IMG/VR virus record: IMGVR_UViG_3300010400_000023
Span: 1-59,330 of that record
From: a virus
Taxonomy: Duplodnaviria > Caudoviricetes
Length of the DNA: 59,330 bases
Strand: one strand, 5' to 3'
Made by a program: the position numbers and the translations under genes. Numbering within the stretch: position 1 is the first letter of the stretch; each line of letters begins with the position of its first letter. Under the pieces are notes generated by a model. That model saw only the letters and a list, made by a program, of their open reading frames with translations. It ran no database searches and was not told the DNA's origin. Of this stretch, positions 28,852 to 37,746 are shown piece after piece.

Positions 28852-29411
28852 GCGACGAGGACGACACCGAGCGGGGGCGGCGGCGAATCAGCACGCAGGA
28901 TCGGCTCATGCTCGAGTCGGCGCGGCGGAAGTCGTACGTGCATCCGGTGCTTGAGGCTGTGCCGGAATTCGAGGAGCGGAACAACACCGCACCGTGGGAC
29001 TTGATCGACCGCGAAGAGCTGACGCCGCGCGAGCAGGAAGTGATCCATCGCAGCCGACGCAAGTCCAGCGACCCGGCCACGGTGGCAGATATCGTCAAGG
29101 TCGCGGTGCGAGCGGTCAAAGCCGACGACCGAGAGCGGTCAGCTGAAGCGCAGAACAACGCCGGGATGACCGAGTTGCGCACGACTGTCCACGATCTCAA
29201 GCGCGACGCCTCGAATGCCAAATGGATTGCTCGCGGCCTACTCGCCGCGGCGCTCACCGTCTTTCTGTACGTCGCTGATCGGATCCTCGTGCGCGTCGAG
29301 CACGAGGGCGAGACCACCATCGAAATGCAGCACCTCAAGACGACCGTCGAGGAGTTGCGACAGGACCTACGTCAATTGCGGTCGTCACTGATCAAAGGAT
29401 ACCAACCATGA
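28848..29411 (+). CDS. Membrane protein with coiled coil (lysis module)
   Basis: One TM segment WIARGLLAAALTVFLYV flanked by heptads. Confidence 0.6.
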   Translation: MSDEDDTERGRRRISTQDRLMLESARRKSYVHPVLEAVPEFEERNNTAPWDLIDREELTPREQEVIHRSRRKSSDPATVADIVKVAVRAVKADDRERSAEAQNNAGMTELRTTVHDLKRDASNAKWIARGLLAAALTVFLYVADRILVRVEHEGETTIEMQHLKTTVEELRQDLRQLRSSLIKGYQP

Positions 29412-30220
29412 CTTTCTCTCGCGTTCCTCGGGCTGTGTTGTTTCTTGCCGCGGCTGCCGCGGTCTATCTGTTGTTCGCACTCGTGCATATCACCGTCGCG
29501 CATGCCGCGGATGCTCCGCCGCTGCCGCCGGTTCCGGGCGTCGACTGGACGATCGTCCTGCTTGGCGTGATCGCCGGCCTGTCCGCGGTCCGCACGTTCC
29601 TGGCGTTCCTCGCGCCGCGGACCTCGACCACGGTCGACGACAAGGCGCTTGCGGTCATCAACGCCGCGCTGAGCGTGCTCAGCACGCGCACCCCAGGCCC
29701 CATCGATCCGGGTACCACTATTGCGACTACGACCGTCACGACCCGCGACCCTCAAGCCGGCAAGGTCAACGTCGGGGCGCTCGCCACGTTGGCCCTCGGC
29801 TCGATTCTGGTCGGCACGCTCGTCGGCTTCGCCGCGGTCGGCATCTCCAGCGGATGCGCCACGGTTCGCCCGGTTGCCGGGCAGGTGGTGACGGCCGAAC
29901 TCGACTGCAGCTCGGCGGCGATCGTCGATGTAGCCAAGTCGCTGGGCAACGCGGCGCAGGCGTACCTCGCCGGCAAGGTCGCCGGTGACGGCCGCACGGT
30001 CGACACCGCGGCCATCAAGACCGACCTCCGCGCGCTGGGCTCCAAGGCTTGGAGCTGCGCGGTCGCCGTGGCGTTGAACGTGGTACTCGGCCAGCCGACG
30101 GCGCGCACGTCGATCGCCCACGCCGCCGGACCGGCGCCCGACTGGCGCTCGGTGCTGATCGAGGTCAAGAGCGAGTTGGGCGTCAGCGCGGTGAGGCTGC
30201 CGACCGGCGAGGTCCTGTAG
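29408..30220 (+). CDS. Multi-TM holin-like protein with internal lipobox-like segment
   Basis: Three hydrophobic segments, PRTSTTVDD loop, ISSGC. Confidence 0.5.
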   Translation: MTFSRVPRAVLFLAAAAAVYLLFALVHITVAHAADAPPLPPVPGVDWTIVLLGVIAGLSAVRTFLAFLAPRTSTTVDDKALAVINAALSVLSTRTPGPIDPGTTIATTTVTTRDPQAGKVNVGALATLALGSILVGTLVGFAAVGISSGCATVRPVAGQVVTAELDCSSAAIVDVAKSLGNAAQAYLAGKVAGDGRTVDTAAIKTDLRALGSKAWSCAVAVALNVVLGQPTARTSIAHAAGPAPDWRSVLIEVKSELGVSAVRLPTGEVL

Positions 30221-30226
30221 GCGGCC

Positions 30227-30529
30227 ATGGTTCGCGTCGGCTCCCTGGCCCTTGAGCTCGAGTGTGCGGTCGACGACTTGTCGATTGCGCATCAGAAGGT
30301 CGACGCGTTCCTCGAGTCGTTGTTCGTAGGATGGCGACCCCGATTCCCGGTAAGCCTCGGGTGGCGTCGAACCGGGCCATGGGAGATCGAGGTCTGGGAT
30401 GCGATCGACTCACCAGCCGCGCGTGATGCGCTGGCTCGTGCCGGGTGGTCGACGGTGACGCTGCACCCGCATCAGGCAGCGAAGTTCCTGACCTGTGACT
30501 GCCTGCCGCAGCGAACGGAGATTACGTGA
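30227..30529 (+). CDS. Hypothetical protein
   Basis: ORF coupled to endolysin. Confidence 0.55.
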   Translation: MVRVGSLALELECAVDDLSIAHQKVDAFLESLFVGWRPRFPVSLGWRRTGPWEIEVWDAIDSPAARDALARAGWSTVTLHPHQAAKFLTCDCLPQRTEIT

Positions 30530-31257
30530 TCTCACCGGTGATCGTAGATGTGTACCCCCGCGACAAGCCCGTCGACTGGACTGCGTATATCGCCGCTGGC
30601 CATCCCTTCGTCGGCGCGGTGTTCAAGCTCTCGCAGGGGCTACACTACGAGTACGCGGGCTGGGCGTATCAACAGCGGCAGCCGTTCGTGCGCTCACCGC
30701 GCTACGGAGTCGACTTGCTTGACGGCTTCTACCACTACCTGGATTTCGGCTCCGACGGCACCCGCCAAGCCGATTGGTTCTGGGGGCTCATGGAGAGGAT
30801 CGGCGGCGAGCAGATCGGCACCCTATGGGCCATGGTCGACGCCGAGCGCGGCGGGCAGACGGTCGCGCTCACCAAATCCCGCGTGGAGGGCTGCATCGGC
30901 GCGTTCGCCGAGCGCTACCAGCAGCTCAGCGGGCGGACCGCCACGCTGTACGGTGGCGAGTTGCTGCGCGCGATCGGTGCGCACGGCAGGTACGGATGCG
31001 GCCGGTCGTCGGTCGCGCTGTACGCCAGCGAGCTCCACGGACTGCGAGAGACCACGGCGCAGTTCCTGGCGCGCACGGGGACCGACCTCGCACACCTGCT
31101 CAGCTGGCAGTACCAGGGCACCGAGGCGCCGAGCGGGCCGGCCGGGTATCCGCGGCTGATCCCGGGCGGCGGTGCAGTGACGTACGACATCAGCGCGCTG
31201 ACGCTGCCCGGCGGACTCGAGGCGCTGAGGTCACAGCTGTGGGCGGAGCGACCGTAG
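30526..31257 (+). CDS. Endolysin, GH25 muramidase-like
   Basis: IVDV, FKLSQG, GFYHY, QADWF, VDAE, WQY motifs. Confidence 0.82.
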   Translation: MISPVIVDVYPRDKPVDWTAYIAAGHPFVGAVFKLSQGLHYEYAGWAYQQRQPFVRSPRYGVDLLDGFYHYLDFGSDGTRQADWFWGLMERIGGEQIGTLWAMVDAERGGQTVALTKSRVEGCIGAFAERYQQLSGRTATLYGGELLRAIGAHGRYGCGRSSVALYASELHGLRETTAQFLARTGTDLAHLLSWQYQGTEAPSGPAGYPRLIPGGGAVTYDISALTLPGGLEALRSQLWAERP

Positions 31258-31466
31258 TTACTCGTGGCGTTCCAGGACCTCGCCGCACCCGTCGCGCTCC
31301 GGATACGCCGTCGCGCACTCTCCGCATAGGCGCCGGCTCGGGGTGCCGTCGCTGTAGCGCCGCATGATGTCGCCGCACTCTACGCGGCCGTTGTCGTGAA
31401 TTTCTCGCTCGCTCTCGTTCTTCATGGGTTCCCTTTGGACGCTCGGCGGCGTCCGGATCGAACAGG

Positions 31467-31664
31467 TTATCGCGTCGACCCTCTCGCAACGGCTAGCCCG
31501 AGCGCCTCACGCGCGAGGTCGCTCCAGGTCTGCCCCTGCTTGTCGGCGAGAGCGAGCTGGTCGGCGAGCTCTTCGGCGGTGATACGCACCCGCTTCGTCA
31601 CCGTCCGCGGCTTGGCCGCGCGGGGCTGGGCGAGACCGGCGATGGGGTTGCGGCGGCGGGTCAT
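31467..31664 (-). CDS. Ribbon-helix-helix (CopG-like) regulator
   Basis: KRVRIT strand then helices, G.TWSDLAREAL. Confidence 0.7.
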   Translation of the reverse strand: MTRRRNPIAGLAQPRAAKPRTVTKRVRITAEELADQLALADKQGQTWSDLAREALGLAVARGSTR

Positions 31665-31680
31665 GGACTTCCGCCGGTCA

Positions 31681-31896
31681 TCACGACCGCACCGCCTCGA
31701 CGTCGTCGGTCACGTCGACAATCGACCCGTCGGGGTCGATGCGACCGATGCCGAGGCATACGAGCTTGCCGTCGCGGAGCGCGATCCGGTTGCGCTCGCG
31801 CTCGGTCTTGTCGCGGCTCGTTGAGCTGGTGGTCGAGTACCGCTCGCCGGTGTCGCGGTCGATCACGGTGTAGTGGGTCTCGATGTTCGTATTCAC
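31681..31896 (-). CDS. Small hypothetical protein
   Basis: GTGA-coupled ORF in a three-gene operon. Confidence 0.55.
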   Translation of the reverse strand: MNTNIETHYTVIDRDTGERYSTTSSTSRDKTERERNRIALRDGKLVCLGIGRIDPDGSIVDVTDDVEAVRS

Positions 31897-32081
31897 GACC
31901 GCACCGCCGTTCCGCGGCGAACCAGACGGGCCTGCGGGATGGCCGGCGTGGTGCGGCGGAGAACCTTCGCGATTGCCTGGAAGGGATGGCCGTCGGTCAT
32001 GATCATGATGAGCGTGAACGCGGCGATCAGGATCACGACTGACCAGGCGATGATGTGCTGCCAGACGGGCGGGCTATTCAT
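31893..32081 (-). CDS. Small single-pass membrane protein
   Basis: IIAWSVVILIAAFTLIMIM hydrophobic segment, basic tail. Confidence 0.65.
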   Translation of the reverse strand: MNSPPVWQHIIAWSVVILIAAFTLIMIMTDGHPFQAIAKVLRRTTPAIPQARLVRRGTAVRS

Positions 32082-32087
32082 GTCCAG

Positions 32088-32116
32088 ACTGTAGCCACAA
32101 CTGTAGCCACAGTCAA
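32088..32116 (-). promoter_or_regulatory. Sigma70-type promoter TTGACT-N17-TACAGT overlapped by a tandem 12-bp repeat
   Basis: -35 at 32111-32116, -10 at 32088-32093; ACTGTAGCCACA x2 at 32088-32111. Confidence 0.75.
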
Positions 32117-32144
32117 GGGTCGTCGCTCGCGCTACGCTCCGCCC

Positions 32145-32450
32145 GTGGCCTGCCTCGACGCCTCACCCGCCTGTCGGCCTGCCGCGCTCTGCGACGGGTG
32201 CCTCGGCCGGGCCATCGCCAGCGGTCGAGGCCAGGCTCGCGTGCTCGGCGAATGCTGGGCTGAGCGGGTTGCGCGCCGGCCGGAGTTCCGGGTCCGAGAC
32301 AGCTGGCCGACGGACGAGCGGACCGCGGGGATGGCGCGCCGGAAGGTGGCCGGGCTGTCGGCCGATCCGCGGGTCGCCGACGAGCTCGCCGGGGCGTGCC
32401 TGCGGGGCGCAGCGGCGTGGTGGGCGAGGCGGCCGGAGCGTTATCGGTGA
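32145..32450 (+). CDS. Hypothetical Cys-containing protein
   Basis: GTG-started ORF divergent from the promoter above. Confidence 0.45.
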   Translation: MACLDASPACRPAALCDGCLGRAIASGRGQARVLGECWAERVARRPEFRVRDSWPTDERTAGMARRKVAGLSADPRVADELAGACLRGAAAWWARRPERYR

Positions 32451-33689
32451 TCAGTCATCGTCCACCTGTACCATCACGGTCAGCTTTGGCTTGGCCGTCT
32501 CGGCTACGCGAGCGCGGAGTTGCGCCGACCAGTGAGCCGACACCGCGGCACGCTGGGCCGGAGTGAATTCTGAAGACATGCGCGGAAACCACGAATCGCA
32601 TCCCTCTCGACGACAGACCTCATCGCGAAAAATCAGCGCCTTTAACACCTCGCCGTCGATGACTACGTCGAGCGGGTCAGCCGGCACCGCGCACGCCGCG
32701 CATCTCCACGGATGCCGGATCACGCCATCGACCGGCGTGGTCGCCGAGCACTGCGCTCCGTCGCGGATGCCCTGGCAGCGGAGTCTGGACAGGGGCGGCC
32801 CCATCTCGTCCATCAGCTTGCGCAGCCGTTGCCCGTATTCTGTCGCCTGGCTCTCGGTGATGCGGTCGTCGGTGAAGGGGATCATCTGGGCCGGAGGCGG
32901 CATCGGTGCCTTGAGCATCGCTTCGGCGCGGGAAACGCCGAACACTTCGTAAGCCTCGCGTTTGAGTAGGTCACACTCCGCCAGTAACGACGATGGAATC
33001 GGCTCCATGGTGCGAAACAGTTCGCGAGCCTGATCGTCGCATCGCTTCAGCATCGTGTCGACCGCGGCCTCGGTCTTCTCGCGCAGCTGCGCCACGAACG
33101 CGTCGCTTTGCCGCAGCGCCTCGCGGTCGACCTGCACCGGCTGGTAGCGCTTGGGATTCCGGGCTGTAGGCTCCACAAACGGCACCCACGTCCCGAGGTG
33201 CTCGCGCTGGAAGTCGGGCCGATTACGTACCTGCCAAGTCGATGCGTCGCTGTCGTTCGCCACATGGTCCGTGTAGACCACGCAGACCTTCCCACGCTCG
33301 ATGCCGTTCCGATATAGAACGATCTTCTGCTTGAGACCGAGATGATCGCGGACGTCGGAAGCCATGTCACGGCAGTAACTACTCAAAACCGACGGCCCGC
33401 CGTCGATGTAGAGCGTAACGCCTCCCATCAACTGGCATTGCGCGAGCGCTTCGAGTAGCCCGCGCATTGTCCGGCCGGTACGGCGCGGCGGCGCAGGCGA
33501 CAGCGCGGCGTACTCTGCCCACGGCCGCAGCCCCATGCGCTGGCGGTAGGACTCGGCGATGGCGATCACGTCGGTCGGCGGCGAGTCCTCGGGGAAGTAG
33601 TTCCCGATCGTTACGCCGCACCCGTGGCAGTTGTAGAGGTCGTTCGCGCTCGGTCGGATGTCAGCGCTCTGGCAGTGGGGGCAGTTCAT
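32451..33689 (-). CDS. Zn-ribbon mosaic protein with terminase-, capsid- and portal-like segments
   Basis: AGGAG RBS; CPHC/CHGC; RRTGRT, FQREHLGTW, DREAL..S, LKREAYEVFGVS; shared C-terminal domain. Confidence 0.8.
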   Translation of the reverse strand: MNCPHCQSADIRPSANDLYNCHGCGVTIGNYFPEDSPPTDVIAIAESYRQRMGLRPWAEYAALSPAPPRRTGRTMRGLLEALAQCQLMGGVTLYIDGGPSVLSSYCRDMASDVRDHLGLKQKIVLYRNGIERGKVCVVYTDHVANDSDASTWQVRNRPDFQREHLGTWVPFVEPTARNPKRYQPVQVDREALRQSDAFVAQLREKTEAAVDTMLKRCDDQARELFRTMEPIPSSLLAECDLLKREAYEVFGVSRAEAMLKAPMPPPAQMIPFTDDRITESQATEYGQRLRKLMDEMGPPLSRLRCQGIRDGAQCSATTPVDGVIRHPWRCAACAVPADPLDVVIDGEVLKALIFRDEVCRREGCDSWFPRMSSEFTPAQRAAVSAHWSAQLRARVAETAKPKLTVMVQVDDD

Positions 33690-33807
33690 CGGGTCTCCTG
33701 TAGTTGTAGCTTCTGTGCCGACGGGGCGGCAGAAATACTGAGGTCAGCGGGCGCGGCACACCGGTTGCACGAGATCGACCCATCTGTGCGCAGTTCCACG
33801 GTTCCAC

Positions 33808-33854
33808 GCGGACTGAAAATCCGCGTGTCGTTGGTTCAATTCCGACCCTGGGCA
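33808..33854 (+). mobile_element. attP: attP core: 3' half of tRNA-Phe(GAA)
   Basis: Anticodon arm GCGGA-CTGAAAA-TCCGC, T arm GTTGG-TTCAATT-CCGAC, acceptor 3' strand CCTGGGC-A; no 5' half; abuts integrase stop. Confidence 0.9.
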
Positions 33855-34952
33855 CTATCGTTTCGATATCTTGCGACGAGTTTCGGTCGCTGTCGGAGCG
33901 TCATTCGTCTCATTGGTATCTCGTGATCCACGGTCGTCTTGCACACGGGCTGCACACGGCTTCCCGCCGGGCAATCGGCTCACGGCTTCGGCGAGCGTGT
34001 CCTCGGACAGGCGACCGTAGACGAGATCGACCATCTTGGTGCTCGTGTGGCCGAGCAGGCGTGCCACCACGGCGCTGTCCGTCTTCTGGTTCTTGAGCCA
34101 ACTGGCGAACGTCCGGCGCAAGTCGTTGGGCGTCACCCTGGGGACCTTGGCGAGATCGGCTGCACGCGCCAGATCGCGGCGGACGTTGCGCCATCGAGTG
34201 ACGATCGGCCCGAGCAAGCGCTTCGGCGCCCCCGCGGCCAGGGCTTCGAGTAGGCGGGGCGCGATCGGTACGATACGCCACCGCGATGTGCGCTTGGTAC
34301 CTGGGACGCGCATCTTGGCCCGTCCAAAGTCGATATGCTCCCACCTGATGCGCTCGACCTCGCCGAGCGACAGACCGCCGAACATCGCAAGCATCACCCA
34401 CAGGCGGCGGCGAACGGCGATCTTCGCGAGGAAGCGCTCGGCCTGATGCTCGTCGAGCCAGACCTCCTTAGGCCGGTAGACCACGCGAACCTTGGGCACC
34501 ATGTCCTCGATCGACCCAGACCACAGACCACGCTTGCGGGCTTCGGCAAGCGCCCGACGCAGCACCACCAGCTCCTTGTGGATGGTGCCGTTGGCGGCGG
34601 TTTCGCTCTGGCGTGTCGCGATGTAGCGCATCACGGCATCGCGGGTGAGCGTGCCGACCTCGGTGTCGCCGCCGATCAGCCGGGTGAGGTGATGCCCCTT
34701 TTGGGCGTACGCTGTTGCGGTGGCTGCGGCGCGCTCGATGGCCACTACCGCGAGCATGTTGCCGATCGCATCCCTCAGCGTGTGGTGCGAATGCGTGGCC
34801 GGATCGGCCGATCCCAGTTCGAGCTTGCGGAGCTTGGCGCGAGCGACTTGCTGATCGCGCGTGCGGAGCGACTGCCGCCGAGCACGGCCTCGGATGTCAG
34901 TCCAGTAGCCGTGCCACGTGCCGCCTGGCTTGCGTTGATAGATTCTTCCCAC
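33855..34952 (-). CDS. int: Tyrosine recombinase (integrase)
   Basis: Arm-binding N-terminus, SAM-like core, GTK, NDLRRTFASW, LLGH, catalytic Y (DLVY); next to attP. Confidence 0.9.
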   Translation of the reverse strand: MGRIYQRKPGGTWHGYWTDIRGRARRQSLRTRDQQVARAKLRKLELGSADPATHSHHTLRDAIGNMLAVVAIERAAATATAYAQKGHHLTRLIGGDTEVGTLTRDAVMRYIATRQSETAANGTIHKELVVLRRALAEARKRGLWSGSIEDMVPKVRVVYRPKEVWLDEHQAERFLAKIAVRRRLWVMLAMFGGLSLGEVERIRWEHIDFGRAKMRVPGTKRTSRWRIVPIAPRLLEALAAGAPKRLLGPIVTRWRNVRRDLARAADLAKVPRVTPNDLRRTFASWLKNQKTDSAVVARLLGHTSTKMVDLVYGRLSEDTLAEAVSRLPGGKPCAARVQDDRGSRDTNETNDAPTATETRRKISKR

Positions 34953-35128
34953 GGTGCCTCTGTTCTGGATGCGAGATATCGAGCAAGCGCCTCCTCGGGG
35001 ACCCGCAACAGGCTGCCGACGCGCACGTGAACACACGAGCGGGCCACGCGGTACGCGGTCGCACGCGAACATCCGAGACGCGCGGCGATGTCTGCGGCGG
35101 TGAGGTAGACGATGTGCGGACGGGTCAC
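34775..35128 (-). CDS. xis: Excisionase-like HTH protein
   Basis: YLTAADIAARLGCSRATAYR...RVG..LRV. Confidence 0.8.
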   Translation of the reverse strand: MTRPHIVYLTAADIAARLGCSRATAYRVARSCVHVRVGSLLRVPEEALARYLASRTEAPWEESINASQAARGTATGLTSEAVLGGSRSARAISKSLAPSSASSNWDRPIRPRIRTTR

Positions 35129-37746
35129 GTCGCCTTCGCCCTCTCCAGCAACACCGCCAGCAGCTTCGCCTCCTCGTCGCTGCCCTTGCGCGCGCAGCCA
35201 TAGGCCCAAGCGATCCGCTTGAGGCTAGCGTTGGATGGGTCGGCGAGGATGCCGGCAATGCCGGTGGCTGTGGAGGTCATGGCTTGTTCTTCTCCTTCGC
35301 CCAGTCCCGGGCGTCGCTCCGCCTGGCGAACACGGCGATCGGCCACTCGTCGTCGCGCTCGGTGTCGTAGACGGCGTGGTCCGGCTTGCCGTTGAGGGCG
35401 AGGCCGATGTGATGGTCGGGGCGGACGACGTAGCGGCGGGTCATGACGCCGCCACCGGCGATCGCAGGATGACGTAGAACTCCGTGTTGCCGCACTCGTT
35501 TTCGCCGCACGCAGGCTCGGGCTCGTTCGGCTCAACGGCGCGAGCAAAGAACATCCGCCGGTTGCAGTCGCATCCGGCGTTGCCATCGGTCCACCAGAAC
35601 TCGTCTTTCCACGTGTTGCAGGGCTTCCAGCCGGGGCGGTCGATGCGTTGCACACCGTCGGAGACACGCACGATGACGACCTGCATCTCGTCGGTGTCGG
35701 CGGTTCCGGGCGGGCGCTGGATGATGTCGCGGGTTCGGGTCATAGGGGCCGATCGCTTTCCGGCGGCATGGGCTCGACCTCGTACTGTGTTGCCGCCGCA
35801 GCTCGGAGCAGCAGCCACATGCACACAGCGCGTGGCAGGTGCAGACGCTCGGCGACATCATGCGTGGTGAGCCAGAGGCGGAGGCGGATGGTCATGGTTT
35901 CATCCTTCGGTACTCATCGATCAGCCGGCGGCGCTCGTCGAGCGTGGCCGACAGTTTGATCTCGGCTTCCTGGCCGATCTGATCGTTGAGTCCGGTGTGC
36001 TGCAGGCACATCGTGTCGAGGTCCTCGATGACGATCGTGAGGTCGGCGATGCGTACGGCGACTATGGCGCGGTCGGTCATGGCAACGTCTCCAGATCCAC
36101 GAGCGTCTGATGCATGACGTCGAAATCACGCTCGCTGTCGCCCGCACGACTGTCCACGTACGCCCGCACTGCCCGCTGCAGCTTGAGCATCGCGCGAATC
36201 GTCTCGAGGTCGACGAACGCTCGCGGTACGGTGCTCTCAGGGCCGAGGCGGTAGCGGAGGCGGTCGAGGGCGGTCACGTGAACCACTCCGCGCGCAGCGC
36301 CGGGTGTGACTCGATCAGGCGGTACGCGGCTTCGACGCAAGACTCCCCGTAGCCGTACGGGTCGACAGAATCGCAGAGCACGGCATGGCGCAGTTCGAGG
36401 GCAACACGCAGCGGCTCACCGGTTCTCTGTCCGATCAGGTCATCGACGTACGTCAAATTCCGCGCATCGCTCACGCACATGAGCACCTCGATCACCTGGC
36501 GTTTCTCGGCGAGCGTCATGATTCACCTCCAAGGTCCGCATGCCGCGCCACGCTAGCTGCGACGTCGTGGCGGGTGTTGTCGTCGGAGGCGTGCTCGGTG
36601 GCGGCGATGGCGGCGCGCAGATGATCCTCCACGCGATCCGCCTCCGCCTGCCGCTCGCGTACCTGCCGCGGTGTCAGACCGATGACCTCGGGTGCGCCGG
36701 CGCGGATGATGCGGTCGTCGGGGTTCGCGTGCACGAGCTTGAGCTCGTCGGCCAGATCATCGTGCTCCACGATCGCCCGAGCCAGCCAACCGGAGTACCA
36801 ATGTGACGACATGAGAGCGGAGTCATCTTCATCGACCCGCTCGAAGTCCTCCCACCCCCAGCGCTCCGCTGTCATGGCCGAACCCGGACAACCGCCCAGC
36901 CATGCCTCGATCGAGTGGACGGCCAGTTCAGCGGCGCGCAGCTCGTCGTACGAGTTGTATGTGTCTGCGGCTGGCCCCATCCCCACGGTCTCCTTGCACC
37001 GGCGACATCGCCAGCGCTCGACGACGCAGCCGCGGAACCGATCGTCGTAGGAATCAGGCTCGATCATCTTGTGGCGGCAGGTCCCCATCAGCTCTCTCCT
37101 TGCTTCGCGCCAGTAGCGGCGTACGTGGTTAGCTGCCCGATGTATCCAGCGGCCCAGTCAGCGCGGCCGACGGCCGTGTACCAACTGGCCATCCAGGCCA
37201 CGACGACATGGTGCGGGAGCATCTGGCGCTCGGCGGGTTCGACGGTCACGACGGCACCCCATCAATCGCAGCTTCGACCGCATCGGCCAGCTTCGCAGCC
37301 TCATCAGCCGCAACGTCGATCTCCCTGCAGGTCAGCAGGTCTGCAGCCGCGGCTGTCAGCGCCCGCAGCCGGATCATCGTCGTGTCGTGGCGGCGCTCTG
37401 TCGCGGTCAGCTGGCGTGCGAGGTCGGCGGCTCGGTCGGACATGGACTGGAAGTCGCGGCGGTACTGGGCGAGCTGCCGACGTGCGGTGGCGAGCGTGTC
37501 GGTGGCCTCGCGGAGGTCGGCTTTGAGGCGGTCGTTGGTGGCCTCGAAGCGCTGGCGGTCGCTGATGTTCAGGCCGGTGGCGACGTCGAGACGGTCCATG
37601 TACAGCCGCATGTCCTCGCACATTGCGGAGATGTGGCCGAGGAGATCGTCCGCCACCGCCCAGTTACATGTGGCCGAGCGCTGGTCGACTCGGCGGCGAA
37701 TGCCAGACAGTTCCTCGGGGCTGAGAAGCTTGGGTTCGGGCTTCAT
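35125..37746 (-). other. Cluster of small early hypothetical genes (35125-35280, 35277-35444, 35441-35743, 35892-36080, 36274-36519, 36516-37088, 37246-37746)
   Basis: Overlapping stop/start-coupled ORFs; 35441-35743 has WW.DGN.GCDCNR; 37246-37746 is coiled-coil. Confidence 0.6.

Noticed and set aside
2357-32681. Diversity-generating retroelement TR/VR pair
   Set aside because: Similarity is protein-level, differences are not adenine-specific, and no reverse transcriptase is present
33780-33857. Complete tRNA-Phe gene
   Set aside because: Upstream sequence gives no 5' acceptor strand (GCCCAGG) or D-arm; it is an attP fragment
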